64,000 nt of DNA from an uncultured Gemmatimonadales bacterium (GTDB lineage Bacteria; Gemmatimonadota; Gemmatimonadetes; Palauibacterales; Palauibacteraceae): assembly GCA_963783385.1 (NCBI GenBank), contig CAWANJ010000001.1, positions 160,001-224,000 on the forward strand, in the 5' to 3' direction. The notes below the pieces were generated by a model, which saw only the letters and a list, made by a program, of their open reading frames with translations, was not told the DNA's origin and did not search any database. Both the position numbers and the translations under genes were made by a program. Below, piece after piece: positions 1-11,566 of this stretch (its first letter is position 1; each line of letters opens with the position of its first letter).

Positions 1-1606
1 CCACGTCTCCCCAGCGGTCGTACAGCGTTCGCCCGTCCGTCGTCCACACGGTGCCCAGGAAAGCGGCGGGGGTGAACAGCCCGGTCTCGTGGCTCACCCG
101 GCCGAGCGGGTCCACGATCTCGGAGATGCCGGTGTTGGCCGAGCGCACCGCGCCCACGCGGCTCTCGATGGACCGCATCACGAGGTGCGCCGGGTGCTGC
201 CACAGGGCGCTGGTCCGGCTCCACCAGGGCTTGGCGCGCCCGAACCAGGCGTCGTTCGTGATGTTGACCAGGAAGTCGGCGCCTTCGTTCCTGTACAGCC
301 GGGCGCGCTGGGCGAAGACGTCCTCGTAGCAGATCAGAACGCCGAAGCGCCCGCCGTCCGAGCGGAACACGGGCGCCGTCTCCCCGCGGGAGAACCACCC
401 GAAGTACGGGAGCCGGTCCAGCCACGCCGGAGGGATGAACGGGACCCGCTCCACGACCGGCACCAGGTAGTGCTTGTCGTAGCGCCCGATGAGCCGACCC
501 GCGGTGTCGGTGAGGAAGGCCGAGTTATACAGGGCATAATGGGCATGGTTCAGGTCCTTCGTACCGAACGCCCCGAACAGGAGCTGAACGTCGAGGCCCC
601 GCGCCACCCGCTGCACGGCGCGCGCGACGTCGGGGCGGCCCGGCCAGCCCACCGACGGGATGCGCTCGATCCGGACCGGGAACACGCCCTCCGGCAGCAC
701 AACGAGTTGTACACTGTCCGCGTGCGGCAGGAGGCTGTCGGCCGACAGACGGTAGAAGGCCGTCATGCCGGAATCCGTGGCGGCGTCGGACTTCATCTTC
801 ACGTCCTCCGGCACGTCGGGCTGGATGACCCCGACCCGCGCGGCCGGCCGCAGGTCGAGCGTCGACCAGCGGACGAGGGAGTAGCCGATCGGCAGCGCCA
901 CCGCCACCACGAGACCGAGGACCGGCCCGCGCAGCCGCCGGCCCGCGCCCGTCATCGCGCCCTCGCCCCCCGATCCCGCCCTGCCGCCCCCGGCGGCCGA
1001 AGCGCGTCCTCCCGGCCCCGCCCCGGAGGACCGCCACGCCAGCCACACCTCGGCCCCCAGCCCGCCGACGAGGGCGAGCCAGAAGGACACGCCGAGGGAG
1101 CCCACCAGGTCGGCCGAGCCGACGAGGCGGGGCGTGGTAGCCAGCGAGTCCCCCAGCTGCATCCAGGGGAAGGATACGGGTCCCAGATGACCGCGCAGCC
1201 ACTCGAGTGCCGTCCAGAACACGGGCAGGGCCACCCACAACGGCCAGCGCAGGCGGCCGCGCACCAGGCGCATCGCCTCGCTCCCCGCCGCCAGGAAGCC
1301 CGACAGGATCAGCACCGGCAGCACGAATGCGAGGACGGCGAGGGGCGTGTAGTAGATCAGCGAGGTGAGCAGCCAGTAGAACACGAGCGTATAGTAGATC
1401 AGACCCAGGAAGAAGCCCCCCCGCAGCGCCTCGCTCCTGCCCTCCGCGTCGTCCGATGGCAGCCCCTCGACCCACACGGCGTAGGGAACCAGCGCCACAA
1501 AAGAGGGGAGCACTAGATGGAAGGGGGGGAAGGCGACGCCCAGCAGGACGCCGCTCAGGAGGAGGGGCCCGGGCCGGCGGGGGACACGCGGTAAGCGGAG
1601 CCTCAC
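1..1606 (-). CDS. lnt: Apolipoprotein N-acyltransferase (3' end runs off the window)
   Basis: Absent from the ORF track because there is no stop in the window. Manual translation gives N-terminal TM helices plus CN-hydrolase motifs FGVLICYEDVF, FLVNITNDAWFG and VRSANTGIS. The GTG start overlaps the upstream TGA. Confidence 0.93.
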   Translation of the reverse strand, partial: MRLRLPRVPRRPGPLLLSGVLLGVAFPPFHLVLPSFVALVPYAVWVEGLPSDDAEGRSEALRGGFFLGLIYYTLVFYWLLTSLIYYTPLAVLAFVLPVLILSGFLAAGSEAMRLVRGRLRWPLWVALPVFWTALEWLRGHLGPVSFPWMQLGDSLATTPRLVGSADLVGSLGVSFWLALVGGLGAEVWLAWRSSGAGPGGRASAAGGGRAGSGGEGAMTGAGRRLRGPVLGLVVAVALPIGYSLVRWSTLDLRPAARVGVIQPDVPEDVKMKSDAATDSGMTAFYRLSADSLLPHADSVQLVVLPEGVFPVRIERIPSVGWPGRPDVARAVQRVARGLDVQLLFGAFGTKDLNHAHYALYNSAFLTDTAGRLIGRYDKHYLVPVVERVPFIPPAWLDRLPYFGWFSRGETAPVFRSDGGRFGVLICYEDVFAQRARLYRNEGADFLVNITNDAWFGRAKPWWSRTSALWQHPAHLVMRSIESRVGAVRSANTGISEIVDPLGRVSHETGLFTPAAFLGTVWTTDGRTLYDRWGDV

Positions 1607-2604
1607 ACCTCCACCTCGCGCTGCTCCTCGACCGACCGATAACAGGCTTCGAGCACCTCGAGCAGGTGCACCTGATCGACGGCCGACTCCCGGGGACGCT
1701 CTCCCCGGACGCGGCGCAGGAAGTAGGCCCACTCCTGACGATAGGCGGTCGTGTACAACGCTCCCGGGCTGACATCCAGCGGCGGGGTGACGTCCGTGAG
1801 GCCCGTCTCGAGCTCCCTGATCACCCGGAAGGGCGAGGTCGACGCGGAGCCCATCGTGCCGAGCGCGTAGAGGGAATGCCGATCCCGCTCCTCCATGAGC
1901 TCCCAGGTGACCTCGACGCTGACCGTGCGCCCGCCCTCGACGGACATGAGCACAGCGGCCGAGTCCTCGACCTCATCCCGGAGGTGCACGCGGGCGCTCA
2001 CCCGCTCCACCCTCGCGAAGCCGAGTAGCCACAGCGCCACGTCGATGGCCTGGACCCCCAGGTCCATGAGCACGCCACCTCCCGCGCGGCGTGCCTGGCG
2101 GCGCCAGCCACGCCCGGGACGGCGCATCCTGTGGTTGAGCCACGAGGTGCGGGTGAAGAACACGTCCCCGAGCTCGCCGCTGGCCACGAACTGGCGAATG
2201 GCCCGCGTGTCGTAGCGGAAGCGCTGGTTGAGGGCCACCATGAGCTGGCGCTCGGCCTTCTCCGACGCCTCGATCATGCGGGTCGCCGAGGCACTCGTGG
2301 TCGACAGGGGGCGCTCGCACATCACGTGCAGTCCCATCTCCAGGCACGCGACGGAGACCTCCTCGTGCACGTCGTTGGGGGTGCACACCACCACGGCGTC
2401 GAGGCCGTCGATGGCCTCCAGCTCACCGAAGTCCTCCAGCACCGTGGGAACCCCGAAGCGCTCGGCGATGGTGGACGCCTTGTCCCGATGGGGATCCACC
2501 AGCGCCACGACCTCGAGATCGGGGAGCCTGCGCAGGATGGGCAGGTGTACGACCTGGGCGACGCCTCCGGCTCCGATCACCGCCACACGAACATCTCTCG
2601 CCAT
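1603..2604 (-). CDS. Gfo/Idh/MocA family NAD(P)-dependent oxidoreductase
   Basis: VAVIGAGG Rossmann start, HVMCERP motif and GGGVLMDLGVQ. Start placed at MARDVRV. Confidence 0.9.
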   Translation of the reverse strand: MARDVRVAVIGAGGVAQVVHLPILRRLPDLEVVALVDPHRDKASTIAERFGVPTVLEDFGELEAIDGLDAVVVCTPNDVHEEVSVACLEMGLHVMCERPLSTTSASATRMIEASEKAERQLMVALNQRFRYDTRAIRQFVASGELGDVFFTRTSWLNHRMRRPGRGWRRQARRAGGGVLMDLGVQAIDVALWLLGFARVERVSARVHLRDEVEDSAAVLMSVEGGRTVSVEVTWELMEERDRHSLYALGTMGSASTSPFRVIRELETGLTDVTPPLDVSPGALYTTAYRQEWAYFLRRVRGERPRESAVDQVHLLEVLEACYRSVEEQREVEV

Positions 2605-2639
2605 GCGCGTCCTCCCCTGCGAGGGCCTTCCTCGGCCGC

Positions 2640-4070
2640 CTAGTAGGCGGTCCGGAGCTCGGCGCCCGGATAATAGGCCGCCAGAATGTGACCGTACGTC
2701 TGCCCGGCGCGGGCGCGGCCGATGGCACCCCACTGACACATGCCGACGCCGTGGCCGTTGCCGCGCCCGCGGACCGTCAGCCCGCCGGAGCCGGTGTCGG
2801 GCGCCGTTTCGATCTGGAAAAGGGTCGAGGGGAGCACCTTCCCGTCGGGCCGGAGCAGAACGAACCGCACATCGTTGCGCTCGACCACGTAACGGCCGCC
2901 CTCCGTTCGGATCTCCAGCGCGGCGACCCGGCCGCTCGGCGTCCTCCCGAGCACCCTCAGCGCGGTGACCCGGTCCGTCCGGGAGACCGGAGAACCGTAG
3001 TAGGACGACAGGCCCGAGTCGAGGGCGTGCGCCAGCTCCGCGGCCGTCCAGCGCACCTCCCACACGTGTCGCGGGTCGGAAGCCCCCCAGTCCTCTCCGT
3101 TGGAGGCCGTGTCCGCGACCGACTGAAGGTAGGGCGCGTCCGGGAGGTTCCAGACCTCGTCCACCCGCGCGGTCCGACCTCCACCGTCCGCGTGGTAGTA
3201 GGCGCGAATCGGCCGATCGCGCCAGGTGAGCACCTGGCCGCGCGTGGCTCGGACGGCCCGCGTCGCCTCGGGGCGCTCGGCCTCGACCCCGCCGTACACC
3301 TGATCCTCCACGCTCGAGAACAGGTCGAACCCGAGGCTGTCGCGGCGGCCCAGGTTGGCCAGCGCGTACGTGCGGGCCGCCACCGCCTGTGCCCGGACCG
3401 CCGCCTCCTCGGCGGGACCGCGCGGTCCGATCTCGAGCGGGACGACGCCGAGCAGGTAGTGTTCGAGTCGCACGCGATTGATGAGGACCAGGCCCCGGTC
3501 GGGCAGGGCCAGGACCTCGACTCCGCCCCGGTACGTCCGGCCGTCGACACGGACCGCACCGGAATCGCGCCGGGACTCGAACAGCAGGTCCTGCCGGGGC
3601 CCCGCCGCCGCGTCGGCCTGGCCCGGCCCGCCATCTCCCCCGCCCGGCCCCGCACCCGCGGCCGCCACCGGAAGGGCCTCGAGGCCGCCCGGCACCATCC
3701 GGATCGTCCACCGCCCCGACTCGGCTGCCAGCCTCCTGCCCGTAGCCAGGTCCCGGGCCCGGAGGCCGGCCTCCGCGGACACCTCGATCGAGTCCAGACC
3801 CACGGCCAGGCCGACGCGCAGGTAGGGCTGGCGACGGGGAAGACGTGGTTCCGTCTCGCCGGTGGCGGCGCCTGCCCGAGCTCCGGGGGCGGCGCCGCCC
3901 ACCGTACCGCCCGCGCGCGTGGTGTCCGTGGCGGGCGGCGCGGCCCCCGCTCCGCTCGGCCCCGAGGCCGGAGCCAGGCTCGCGCATCCCAGCCCGAGCA
4001 GCGCCGCCAGGACGGCCCCGCTCCGGGCCCGCCCCGAACGCGCCCGGTCAGCCGTCGGCGAGCGCGGCAT
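2640..4070 (-). CDS. SpoIID/LytB domain protein, putative lipoprotein lytic transglycosylase
   Basis: Motifs YLLGVVPLEIG, AQAVAARTYA, DQVYGG and GRGNGHGVGMCQWGA, with a lipobox-like LGLGC. Start is approximate. Confidence 0.88.
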   Translation of the reverse strand: MPRSPTADRARSGRARSGAVLAALLGLGCASLAPASGPSGAGAAPPATDTTRAGGTVGGAAPGARAGAATGETEPRLPRRQPYLRVGLAVGLDSIEVSAEAGLRARDLATGRRLAAESGRWTIRMVPGGLEALPVAAAGAGPGGGDGGPGQADAAAGPRQDLLFESRRDSGAVRVDGRTYRGGVEVLALPDRGLVLINRVRLEHYLLGVVPLEIGPRGPAEEAAVRAQAVAARTYALANLGRRDSLGFDLFSSVEDQVYGGVEAERPEATRAVRATRGQVLTWRDRPIRAYYHADGGGRTARVDEVWNLPDAPYLQSVADTASNGEDWGASDPRHVWEVRWTAAELAHALDSGLSSYYGSPVSRTDRVTALRVLGRTPSGRVAALEIRTEGGRYVVERNDVRFVLLRPDGKVLPSTLFQIETAPDTGSGGLTVRGRGNGHGVGMCQWGAIGRARAGQTYGHILAAYYPGAELRTAY

Positions 4071-5338
4071 CCATGGCCTGTCCGATGACCTCGAGGGTGC
4101 GGTCGATCTCCTCGTCGCCGTGGGCGGTCGACAGGAAGCCCACTTCGAACGCCGACGGCGCGATGAACACGCCCCGATCGAGACACCCGCGGAAGTAGCG
4201 GGCGAAGAAGTCCGTGTCGGTCCCCCGGGCCTCCGCGAAGTTGCGCACGGGTCCTTCCCGGAAATAGACACCCCACATCGAACCGACCGACGAGCCCGTC
4301 ACTGGCACGCCGCGTTCGCGCGCGGCCTCCACGATGCCCCGCACCAGGCGGGCCGTCCGTCGCTCCAGGTCGTCGAACGGATCGTCGCGCTCCAGCACGG
4401 CCAGCTGCGCGTTACCGGCGGCCATGGCCAGGGGATTACCGCTCAGGGTGCCGGCCTGGTAGACGGGACCGACGGGAGCCACGCGCTCCATGAGCTCCCG
4501 CCGGCCCCCGAAGGCGGCGACCGGGAGACCGGCGCCCAGCACCTTGCCCAGCGTGGTGAGGTCCGGCTCGATCCCCCAGCGCTCCTGGGCTCCGCCCCGA
4601 GCCACGCGGAAGCCGGTCATGACTTCGTCGAAGATGAGCAGGGCCCCGTCCTCCCGGGTGACCTCCCGGAGCCCTTCCAGGAACCCGTCCGCCGGCGGGA
4701 TCAGGCCCGCGTTGCCGACCACCGGCTCGACGATCACGGCGGCGATGCGCCTCCGGTAGCTCGCGAACGCTTCGCGTACGGCCTCCAGGTCGTTGTAGGG
4801 GACGGTGACCGTCAGACCGGACAGGGCCGCCGGCACCCCCGGCGAATCGGGGAGCCCCAGGGTCGCCACCCCCGAGCCGGCTTTCACCAGGAAGGAGTCG
4901 CCGTGGCCGTGGTAGCAGCCTTCAAACTTGAGGAGGAGGTCCCGGCCGGTGATGCCCCGCGCCAGACGGACCGCCGACATGGTCGCCTCGGTGCCGCTGC
5001 TCACGAACCGGATCATGTCGATGGACGGGAACCAGCCGACCACGCGCTCGGCCAGCTCGACCTCCCCCGGGACCGGCGTTCCGTAGCTCATCCCGCGGGC
5101 CGCGGCCTCCTGCACGGCCGCCACCACCTCCGGGTGGGCGTGCCCCAGGATCGAGGGGCCCCCACGACAGCACGTAGTCCAGGTAGCGTCGGCCCTCCGT
5201 GTCGATCAGCCAGGCTCCCTCGCCATGCTCGGCGAAGAAGGGCACCCCGCCCACGGCCCGGAAGGCCCGTACGGGCGAGCTCACGCCGCCCGGCAGAAGG
5301 CGGCGCGCCTTCTCCCACAGACGATCCCGACCGGTCAC
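4048..5338 (-). CDS. hemL: Glutamate-1-semialdehyde 2,1-aminomutase (+1 frameshift near 5153)
   Basis: N-terminal [11 protein letters not shown]...[11 protein letters not shown] lies in ORF 4922..5446. The rest ([35 protein letters not shown]) lies in ORF 4048..5127. Confidence 0.93.
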
Positions 5339-5378
5339 CGATCCCGTCCCCTGCGGGGGAACCCCGCCGCGGGGCGTC

Positions 5379-6134
5379 TCATCCGGAGAACACGTCCACT
5401 CCGGCCGGCGGCGTGAACCGAAACAGCGAGTCCGCGATCGCGACATCCGGGTGGAGGTGGCTCAGGGTCACGGTTCGCACCGTCCCGTTCTCCTCGGTGA
5501 TCTCGAAGCGACGTACCAGGACGTCGTCGGCCCCCACCCATACCCGGACCTTCCTGTAAGTGGTGGAAGCCTGCTCCAGGGGCGTGAGCTCCACCCGGCA
5601 CGTGGTGATCCCGTCGATCGTCTCGGGCCCTTGCGACTTCGCATCGTAGCCGGACCGCGCCTCGCGGAAGATCCGACCCTCCAGGTCCACCATGGCCACC
5701 CCGGTCGGGTCGCCCTCCAGTGTCGTGCGCACGACCTGCCCCGGGTTCGTGCTCGGGTAGTAGAGCCACAGGTGCGCGCCGTCGGCCACGATGAGGTCAC
5801 CGGCCGGCTCGACGAAGTCCATGCGGAAGCGCGCCCTGCCCTCCTGGTACCAGGTGCCGTGGCCCTCGCGGGACTTGTCCAGGAGGGGGATCTCGATCGT
5901 CTGCTCGAACCGAGCCCGCAGGCTGTGGAGCGAATCGTAGCGCGCCTCGGCGCGCCCGAGGAGCGCGTGGACGTCACCCGAGCAGCAGGAGGCCCCGCAC
6001 GGCTGCACGATCGGCCGCCGGTCCGCCGGGCGCGCGGCCAGGGCCGCCGCCGGGACGGCGCTCGCGAGCAGCGCGGCGGCCGCGGCGGCGAGCCCGAATC
6101 CCGTCGCGCGAGCGCGTGCCTCAATCCAACCCAT
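5379..6134 (-). CDS. lolA: Outer-membrane lipoprotein carrier protein LolA family
   Basis: Signal peptide followed by [30 protein letters not shown] and C-terminal [11 protein letters not shown]. Lies directly downstream of ftsK, as is usual. Confidence 0.85.
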   Translation of the reverse strand: MGWIEARARATGFGLAAAAAALLASAVPAAALAARPADRRPIVQPCGASCCSGDVHALLGRAEARYDSLHSLRARFEQTIEIPLLDKSREGHGTWYQEGRARFRMDFVEPAGDLIVADGAHLWLYYPSTNPGQVVRTTLEGDPTGVAMVDLEGRIFREARSGYDAKSQGPETIDGITTCRVELTPLEQASTTYRKVRVWVGADDVLVRRFEITEENGTVRTVTLSHLHPDVAIADSLFRFTPPAGVDVFSG

Positions 6135-8377
6135 CACCACCTCCCTCCTCCATCACCCTGTCCAGCTGGTCCAGCGTCACCAGCACGTCCCTGGGCTGCG
6201 AACCCTGCGAGGGGCCCACCACCCCGGCGTGGTGGAGCTGATCGATGATCCGTGCCGCCCGCCCGTAGCCGATCCTCAGTCTGCGTTGCAGCAGGCTGGT
6301 CGACCCGGAGTCGTTGGCGATCACGATCTCGGCCGCCTGGCGGAAGAGCTGGTCGCGGTCCTCCAGCACCTCTTCCACCACGTCCACCCGCGCCTCCAGC
6401 TCGTCGTGCTCCCGGACCACGTCCAGGATGTCCTCCTCCGAGGGCGGACCTTCCGACGTGCTCCGGTCACGGTACCACCGGACCAGTCTCTCGGTTTCGT
6501 CCCCGTCCAGGAACGCTCCCTGGATCCGGACCGGATCGGCCTCCCCGGGGGGCAGGAACAGCATGTCCCCGTTCCCCAGCAGACTCTCGGCCCCGTTCTG
6601 GTCCAGGATCGTCCGGCTGTCCGTCTTCGAGGCCACCCGGAAGGCGATCCGGCTCGGGAAGTTCGCCTTGATGAGCCCCGTGATCACGTTGACCGACGGC
6701 CGCTGCGTCGCGATCACCAGGTGGATCCCGACGGCCCGGGCCTTCTGCGCCAGCAGGGCCAGGGGGCTCTCGACCTCTGCCTGCACCGTCATCGACGAGG
6801 TCGGCCAGCTCGTCGATGAGCAGCACGATGTACGGCAGCCCGCCGTCCTCGTACGGCCGTTCGGAGGAGCCCGGCCGCCGCAGCTCCACCTCCTCGCGGA
6901 CCCGGCGGTTGAACTCCCGCAGGCTCCGGCAGCCGTTGGCCGACAGGAGCTCGTAGCGGCGGTTCATCTCGAGCACCGCCCACCGTAGGATAGACGCCGC
7001 CTCCTGGTTGTCCGTCACCACCGGGTGCCGGAGGTGGGGGAGATCGTCGTACACGCTGAGCTCCACCATCTTCGGGTCGATCATCAGGAGGCGGAGCTGC
7101 GCCGGGGCGTAGCGGTACACGAGGCTGGTGATAATGGTGTTCATGCACACCGACTTGCCCGATCCGGTGGCCCCGGCGATGAGCAGGTGGGGCATACGCG
7201 CCAGGTCGGCGCAGTAGGGCTCGCCGGCCAGGTCCCGCCCCAGGGCCAGAGGCAGCACGGCCCTGGAGCGCTGGTAGGCGGAGGATTCGAGCATCTCCCG
7301 CAGGCGCACGACCTCGGGCTCGGGGTTCGGCACCTCGACGCCGACGGCGCCCTTGCCCGGAATGGGGGCCACGATGCGCACGGACGGAGCCTTGAGGGCG
7401 AGCGCCAGGTCGTCCGAGAGCGCGGCGATCTGCCCCACCTTGATCCCGGCCGCCGGCACGACTTCGAACTGGGTGACCACGGGCCCGGTCGTCCAGCCCC
7501 GGATCTCGCCCTGCACGCGGAAGGTCTCGAGCTTGTCCACCAGGATCCGGCCCAGCGCGCGGAGCTCCCGGTCCGACAGGCCACGCGAAGCCCGCTCCGG
7601 CTTCTCGAGGAGGTCGAGCGGCGGAAGCTCGGTCCGGGTCGGATCGCCGTAGTCGGCCAGCTCGGGCTCGAGCTCCAGCTGCTCGCTCGCAGCCGGAGCG
7701 CCGCCGGTGGCGGCCGGCTCGACCACGGCCGCCCCGGCGGCCTCCTCGGCGCGGGCCCGGACCGTCTCCCACGGCGAGGCCTCGCCCCCGTCGGCCCACG
7801 CTTCCCTCCGCCGATCGGCGGCGTCCCGCCCTGCCTTCAGCAGCCGCCCCGTTCCGCTCCCCGCGGCGCGCGCTCCGCGCAGCAGGCGGCCGAGCCCGCT
7901 GGAAGGCGACCAGCCGAGCGTGAGGACCGACACCGACAGCAGCACCCCGATTAGGATGAGGACGCCGCCCACGGTGCCGAATCCGCCCTCGAGGAGGATG
8001 CCCAGCGTCCGGCCGATCGCTCCAATGCCTTCGCCACGGGCCAGGGCCGCGTCCCCGCGCAACAGCCACACTCCCGCCGGGACGAGGAGGGCCAGGGCGC
8101 CGAGGAAGCCGGACCAGCGGCCCGCCTCCTCCCGGTTGTACAGGCCGAAGCAGTGGAGCCCCCACACCAAGGGGGCGACGGCGACCAGGACGGCGGCGGG
8201 GCCCAGGGCATAGGAGAGCCACCGGTACAGCGCCGCACCCGCCGGCCCGACCAGGTTGGGACCGGGGCCCGCGCTCGACAGGGCCGGAGGCACGATCGCC
8301 AGACCGAGCAGGACCCCGAGGGCCAACAGCCCGACTCCAAGCGCCTCCTGCCGCCGCCGGCTCTCCTGGGCACTCAC
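6121..8377 (-). CDS. ftsK: DNA translocase FtsK (+1 frameshift near 6794)
   Basis: N-terminal TM segments, PHLLIAGATGSGKS Walker A, IDPKMVEL and IDELADL. Continues in ORF 6121..6792 with ATQRPSVNVITG and a gamma domain (LLQRRLRIGYGRAARIID). Confidence 0.94.
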
Positions 8378-9102
8378 GGCCGAACTCCGGCGGGCACGAT
8401 CCCCTCCCCGATCAGCATCGGCACCATCCGGCTGGAGTCCACCGAGGCGCATATCTCGAGGTCGCCTGCCAATCCAATGGGGACCAGGGCGGCCCCGGCC
8501 TCGGTCTTCGCCAGGGCCTCCGGGTCCGGGTCGCCCAGGCCGCGGGCGGTCTCGACGGCCACGCGCGCACCGTCGTCCCGCTGGACCGAGCCCGATCCGT
8601 CCAGCCGGTCGACGAGGAGTCCCGCGCACCACACGTCATCCAGGCCGACGTGCCCCCCTCGACCAGCGCACACCACCAGGACCGGCCGCCCGCAGCGACG
8701 GAGCTCGTCGGCGACGGCTCCCAGGTTCCTGAGGCACGCCACTAGCACGGCCTCGGCACCCCGGACCCGTTCCAGGGCCAGGGTCCCGTTCGTGGTCGTG
8801 ATCACGAGCTCGCGGCCCGCCACCCGCTCGGAGGTGAACTCCCCGGGCGAGTTGCCGAGGTCGAATCCCCGGATGGGCAGGCCGTCGCGCTCGCCGCACA
8901 GGAGAGGCCGGACGTCGTCGCACGAGGCGCTCCGCCGCTCCGCCGCCTCGGTCGAGCCCACGGGCACCAGGCGACGGGCTCCCGCGTCGAGCGCCGCCAC
9001 GATGGTCGTCGCAGCTCGGATCACGTCGATGACGACCGCCACCCGGCCCTGGGGCTCCGTGTCCCCGAGCTCGCCGGGCGCCAGCCGCGTCCGGACGTTC
9101 AT
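8374..9102 (-). CDS. comB: 2-phosphosulfolactate phosphatase family protein
   Basis: Motifs [33 protein letters not shown] and LDDVWCAG. Confidence 0.88.
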   Translation of the reverse strand: MNVRTRLAPGELGDTEPQGRVAVVIDVIRAATTIVAALDAGARRLVPVGSTEAAERRSASCDDVRPLLCGERDGLPIRGFDLGNSPGEFTSERVAGRELVITTTNGTLALERVRGAEAVLVACLRNLGAVADELRRCGRPVLVVCAGRGGHVGLDDVWCAGLLVDRLDGSGSVQRDDGARVAVETARGLGDPDPEALAKTEAGAALVPIGLAGDLEICASVDSSRMVPMLIGEGIVPAGVRP

Positions 9103-10442
9103 TCTCCGCCGCGCAGGCGCTCCACGAAGCCCGTGTCGACCCGCCCCGCCACGAAGTCCGGATGCCGCAACACCGTGCGGAGGAACGAAATCGTGGTCGG
9201 GATGCCCTCGATCACGAACTCGCCCAGCGCCTGGTCCGCGCGCCGCAGGGCCTCGTCCCGTGTGGTGTCGTGCACGATGAGCTTGCCGAGGAGGGAGTCG
9301 TAGAAGGGCGGAACCCGATAGCCGGCATACACGTGCGTGTCCACGCGAACGCCGGGCCCGCCCGGGGCGTGGAACGCCGTGATGACGCCCGGGGCCGGGC
9401 GGAAGTCGTGGTCGGGGTCCTCGGCGTTGATGCGGCACTCGATCGCATGGCCGCGCAGCTCCGGCGTCTCGGCCATCGACAGGGACTCGCCCGCGGCCAC
9501 CCGGATCTGCTCCTTCACGAGGTCCGTCGACGTGACCCACTCGGTGACCGGATGCTCCACCTGGATGCGGGTGTTCATCTCCATGAAATAGAAGCAGCCG
9601 TCCGAGCCCAGGAGGAACTCGACCGTCCCGGCGTTACGGTACCCGATCGCCCGCGCACCGGCCAGCGCGGCGTCGCACATACGCTGGCGGAGCTCGGGTG
9701 TCATCACGGGGCACGGCGACTCCTCGATCAGCTTCTGGTGTCGGCGCTGCACCGAGCAGTCGCGCTCCCCCAGCGCCACCACCCGCCCGTGGTTGTCGGC
9801 GATCACCTGGATCTCCACGTGGCGCGGCCGTTCCACGAAGCGCTCCAGGTAGACGGAGGGATCGTCGAACGCCGCTCCGGCCTCGTTCCGGGCCATGCTG
9901 AAGGACTTCCGGAAGTGCTCCATGTCGCGAGCGATCCGCATTCCCTTCCCGCCGCCGCCCGCCGCCGCCTTGATCATGACCGGGAAGCCGATGCGCTCGG
10001 CCTCCCGCTCCGCCTCCTCGGGGTCGTCCACGGTGCCCTCGGTCCCTGGCACCACGGGGACTCCGGCATCCGCCATCGTGCGCCGCGCCTCGGCCTTGTG
10101 GCCCATCTTGCGGATCTGATCGGCGGTGGGGCCGATGAACGTGAAGCCCGAGCGCTCGCACACTTCGGCGAACTCGGCGTTCTCGGCCAGGAACCCGTAT
10201 CCGGGATGGATGGCGTCGGCGCCGGCCACCTCCGCCGCGGCGATGATCCGGGGGATGTTGAGATAGCTCTCCCGACTCGGTGCCGGTCCGATGCAGATGT
10301 CCTCGTCCGAGAAACGCACGTGGAGGGAGTCCCGGTCGGCCTCGGAGTACACGGCCACCGTGCCCACACCCAGCTCCCTGCAGGCGCGGATGACGCGCAG
10401 GGCGATCTCCCCGCGGTTGGCGATGAGGATCTTCTCGAACAT
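9099..10442 (-). CDS. accC: Acetyl-CoA carboxylase biotin carboxylase subunit
   Basis: Motifs [42 protein letters not shown] and YDSLLGKLI. Confidence 0.97.
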   Translation of the reverse strand: MFEKILIANRGEIALRVIRACRELGVGTVAVYSEADRDSLHVRFSDEDICIGPAPSRESYLNIPRIIAAAEVAGADAIHPGYGFLAENAEFAEVCERSGFTFIGPTADQIRKMGHKAEARRTMADAGVPVVPGTEGTVDDPEEAEREAERIGFPVMIKAAAGGGGKGMRIARDMEHFRKSFSMARNEAGAAFDDPSVYLERFVERPRHVEIQVIADNHGRVVALGERDCSVQRRHQKLIEESPCPVMTPELRQRMCDAALAGARAIGYRNAGTVEFLLGSDGCFYFMEMNTRIQVEHPVTEWVTSTDLVKEQIRVAAGESLSMAETPELRGHAIECRINAEDPDHDFRPAPGVITAFHAPGGPGVRVDTHVYAGYRVPPFYDSLLGKLIVHDTTRDEALRRADQALGEFVIEGIPTTISFLRTVLRHPDFVAGRVDTGFVERLRGGE

Positions 10443-10464
10443 CAGGCGATCCGGGTCGAGAGAC

Positions 10465-10965
10465 TCAGCCCGCGCCGTCCGACTCGATGCGGAAGAGGAC
10501 CTGTCCGTACTCGACCGGCTCGGCGTTCTCGACGGCGATCTCGCGGACGACGCCGGCGACTTCGGCCTCCAGCTCGTTCATGAGCTTCATCGCTTCGAGA
10601 ATGCACAGCGTCTGCCCCTTGAGGACGCGATCTCCGACCTCGACGTAAGGCGGCGCATCGGGCGCCGGCGAGCGATAAAAGGTGCCGACCATGGGTGATG
10701 TGATCGGGTGCAGGTCCTCGGCTCCGGTCGACTCCTCGCCCGCCTCCTCGACGGGCTCGGGTGCGCCGCTCGCCGGGGGGCGGGGCGGCGCGGCACCGGA
10801 ATCCGGGCCCGGGGCGCCGGACGAGACCACCCGCACGGCGCCCCCACCCCCGGGCGGACTCTTCGAGACCCGCACCCGGGTGCCGAAGCGGCTCAGCTCG
10901 AGCGTGTCGATGTCGGAGTCTTCGACGAGCTCGAGGAGGCGCCGGATCCAGTCGAGGTCCATCAT
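10465..10965 (-). CDS. accB: Acetyl-CoA carboxylase biotin carboxyl carrier protein
   Basis: [11 protein letters not shown] and the biotinylation motif EAMKLMNE. Confidence 0.96.
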   Translation of the reverse strand: MMDLDWIRRLLELVEDSDIDTLELSRFGTRVRVSKSPPGGGGAVRVVSSGAPGPDSGAAPPRPPASGAPEPVEEAGEESTGAEDLHPITSPMVGTFYRSPAPDAPPYVEVGDRVLKGQTLCILEAMKLMNELEAEVAGVVREIAVENAEPVEYGQVLFRIESDGAG

Positions 10966-11528
10966 GAGCTCACCCGTTCCAGGTACTTGTCCTCCGTCCG
11001 GTCGACCCGGACCACGTCACCTTCTTCGATGAACAGCGGAACCTGTACAACCGCGCCCGCTTCGAGCCTGGCGGGCTTCGTGGCGCCCTGCGCCGTATCC
11101 CCGCGCACGCCGGGCTCGGTCTCCACCACGCGCTGTTCGACGAACTGCGGCAGCTCCACCGACAGCACGTCACGGTCCCGCGTGAGGCCCTCGCACTCCA
11201 GGTTCTCCGTCAGGTACAGGAGCTGGTCCTCACCGACCGCCTCTCCGGACAGCGGGACCATCTCGTACGTCTCCATGTCCATGAAGTAGTACAGGTGGCC
11301 GTCCAAGTAGCTGTATTGCAGGGGGCGCCGCACCAGGCGTACCTCCTGCACGCGCTCTCCCGCCCGGAACGTGCGGTCCAGCACCGCACCCGTCATCACG
11401 TTCTTGAGCTTGGTGCGCACGAAGGCGCCGCCCTTTCCCGGCTTGACGTGCTGGAAGTAGATGATCGAATACAGCTCGCCGTCGAGCTCGATCACCATCC
11501 CGTTCCGGAAGTCCGATGTGTCCGCCAT
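10962..11528 (-). CDS. efp: Translation elongation factor P (PGKG, Lys-type loop)
   Basis: Motifs [24 protein letters not shown] and [11 protein letters not shown]. Confidence 0.97.
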   Translation of the reverse strand: MADTSDFRNGMVIELDGELYSIIYFQHVKPGKGGAFVRTKLKNVMTGAVLDRTFRAGERVQEVRLVRRPLQYSYLDGHLYYFMDMETYEMVPLSGEAVGEDQLLYLTENLECEGLTRDRDVLSVELPQFVEQRVVETEPGVRGDTAQGATKPARLEAGAVVQVPLFIEEGDVVRVDRTEDKYLERVSS

Positions 11529-11566
11529 GTCCCTCGCGCTCGTGGTCTCGACGTGCGATGTGCGCT

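Noticed and set aside
89-1775. ORF-track calls 89..1516 (+) and 525..1775 (-)
   Set aside because: The real gene is lnt in another minus-strand frame that runs off the window edge.
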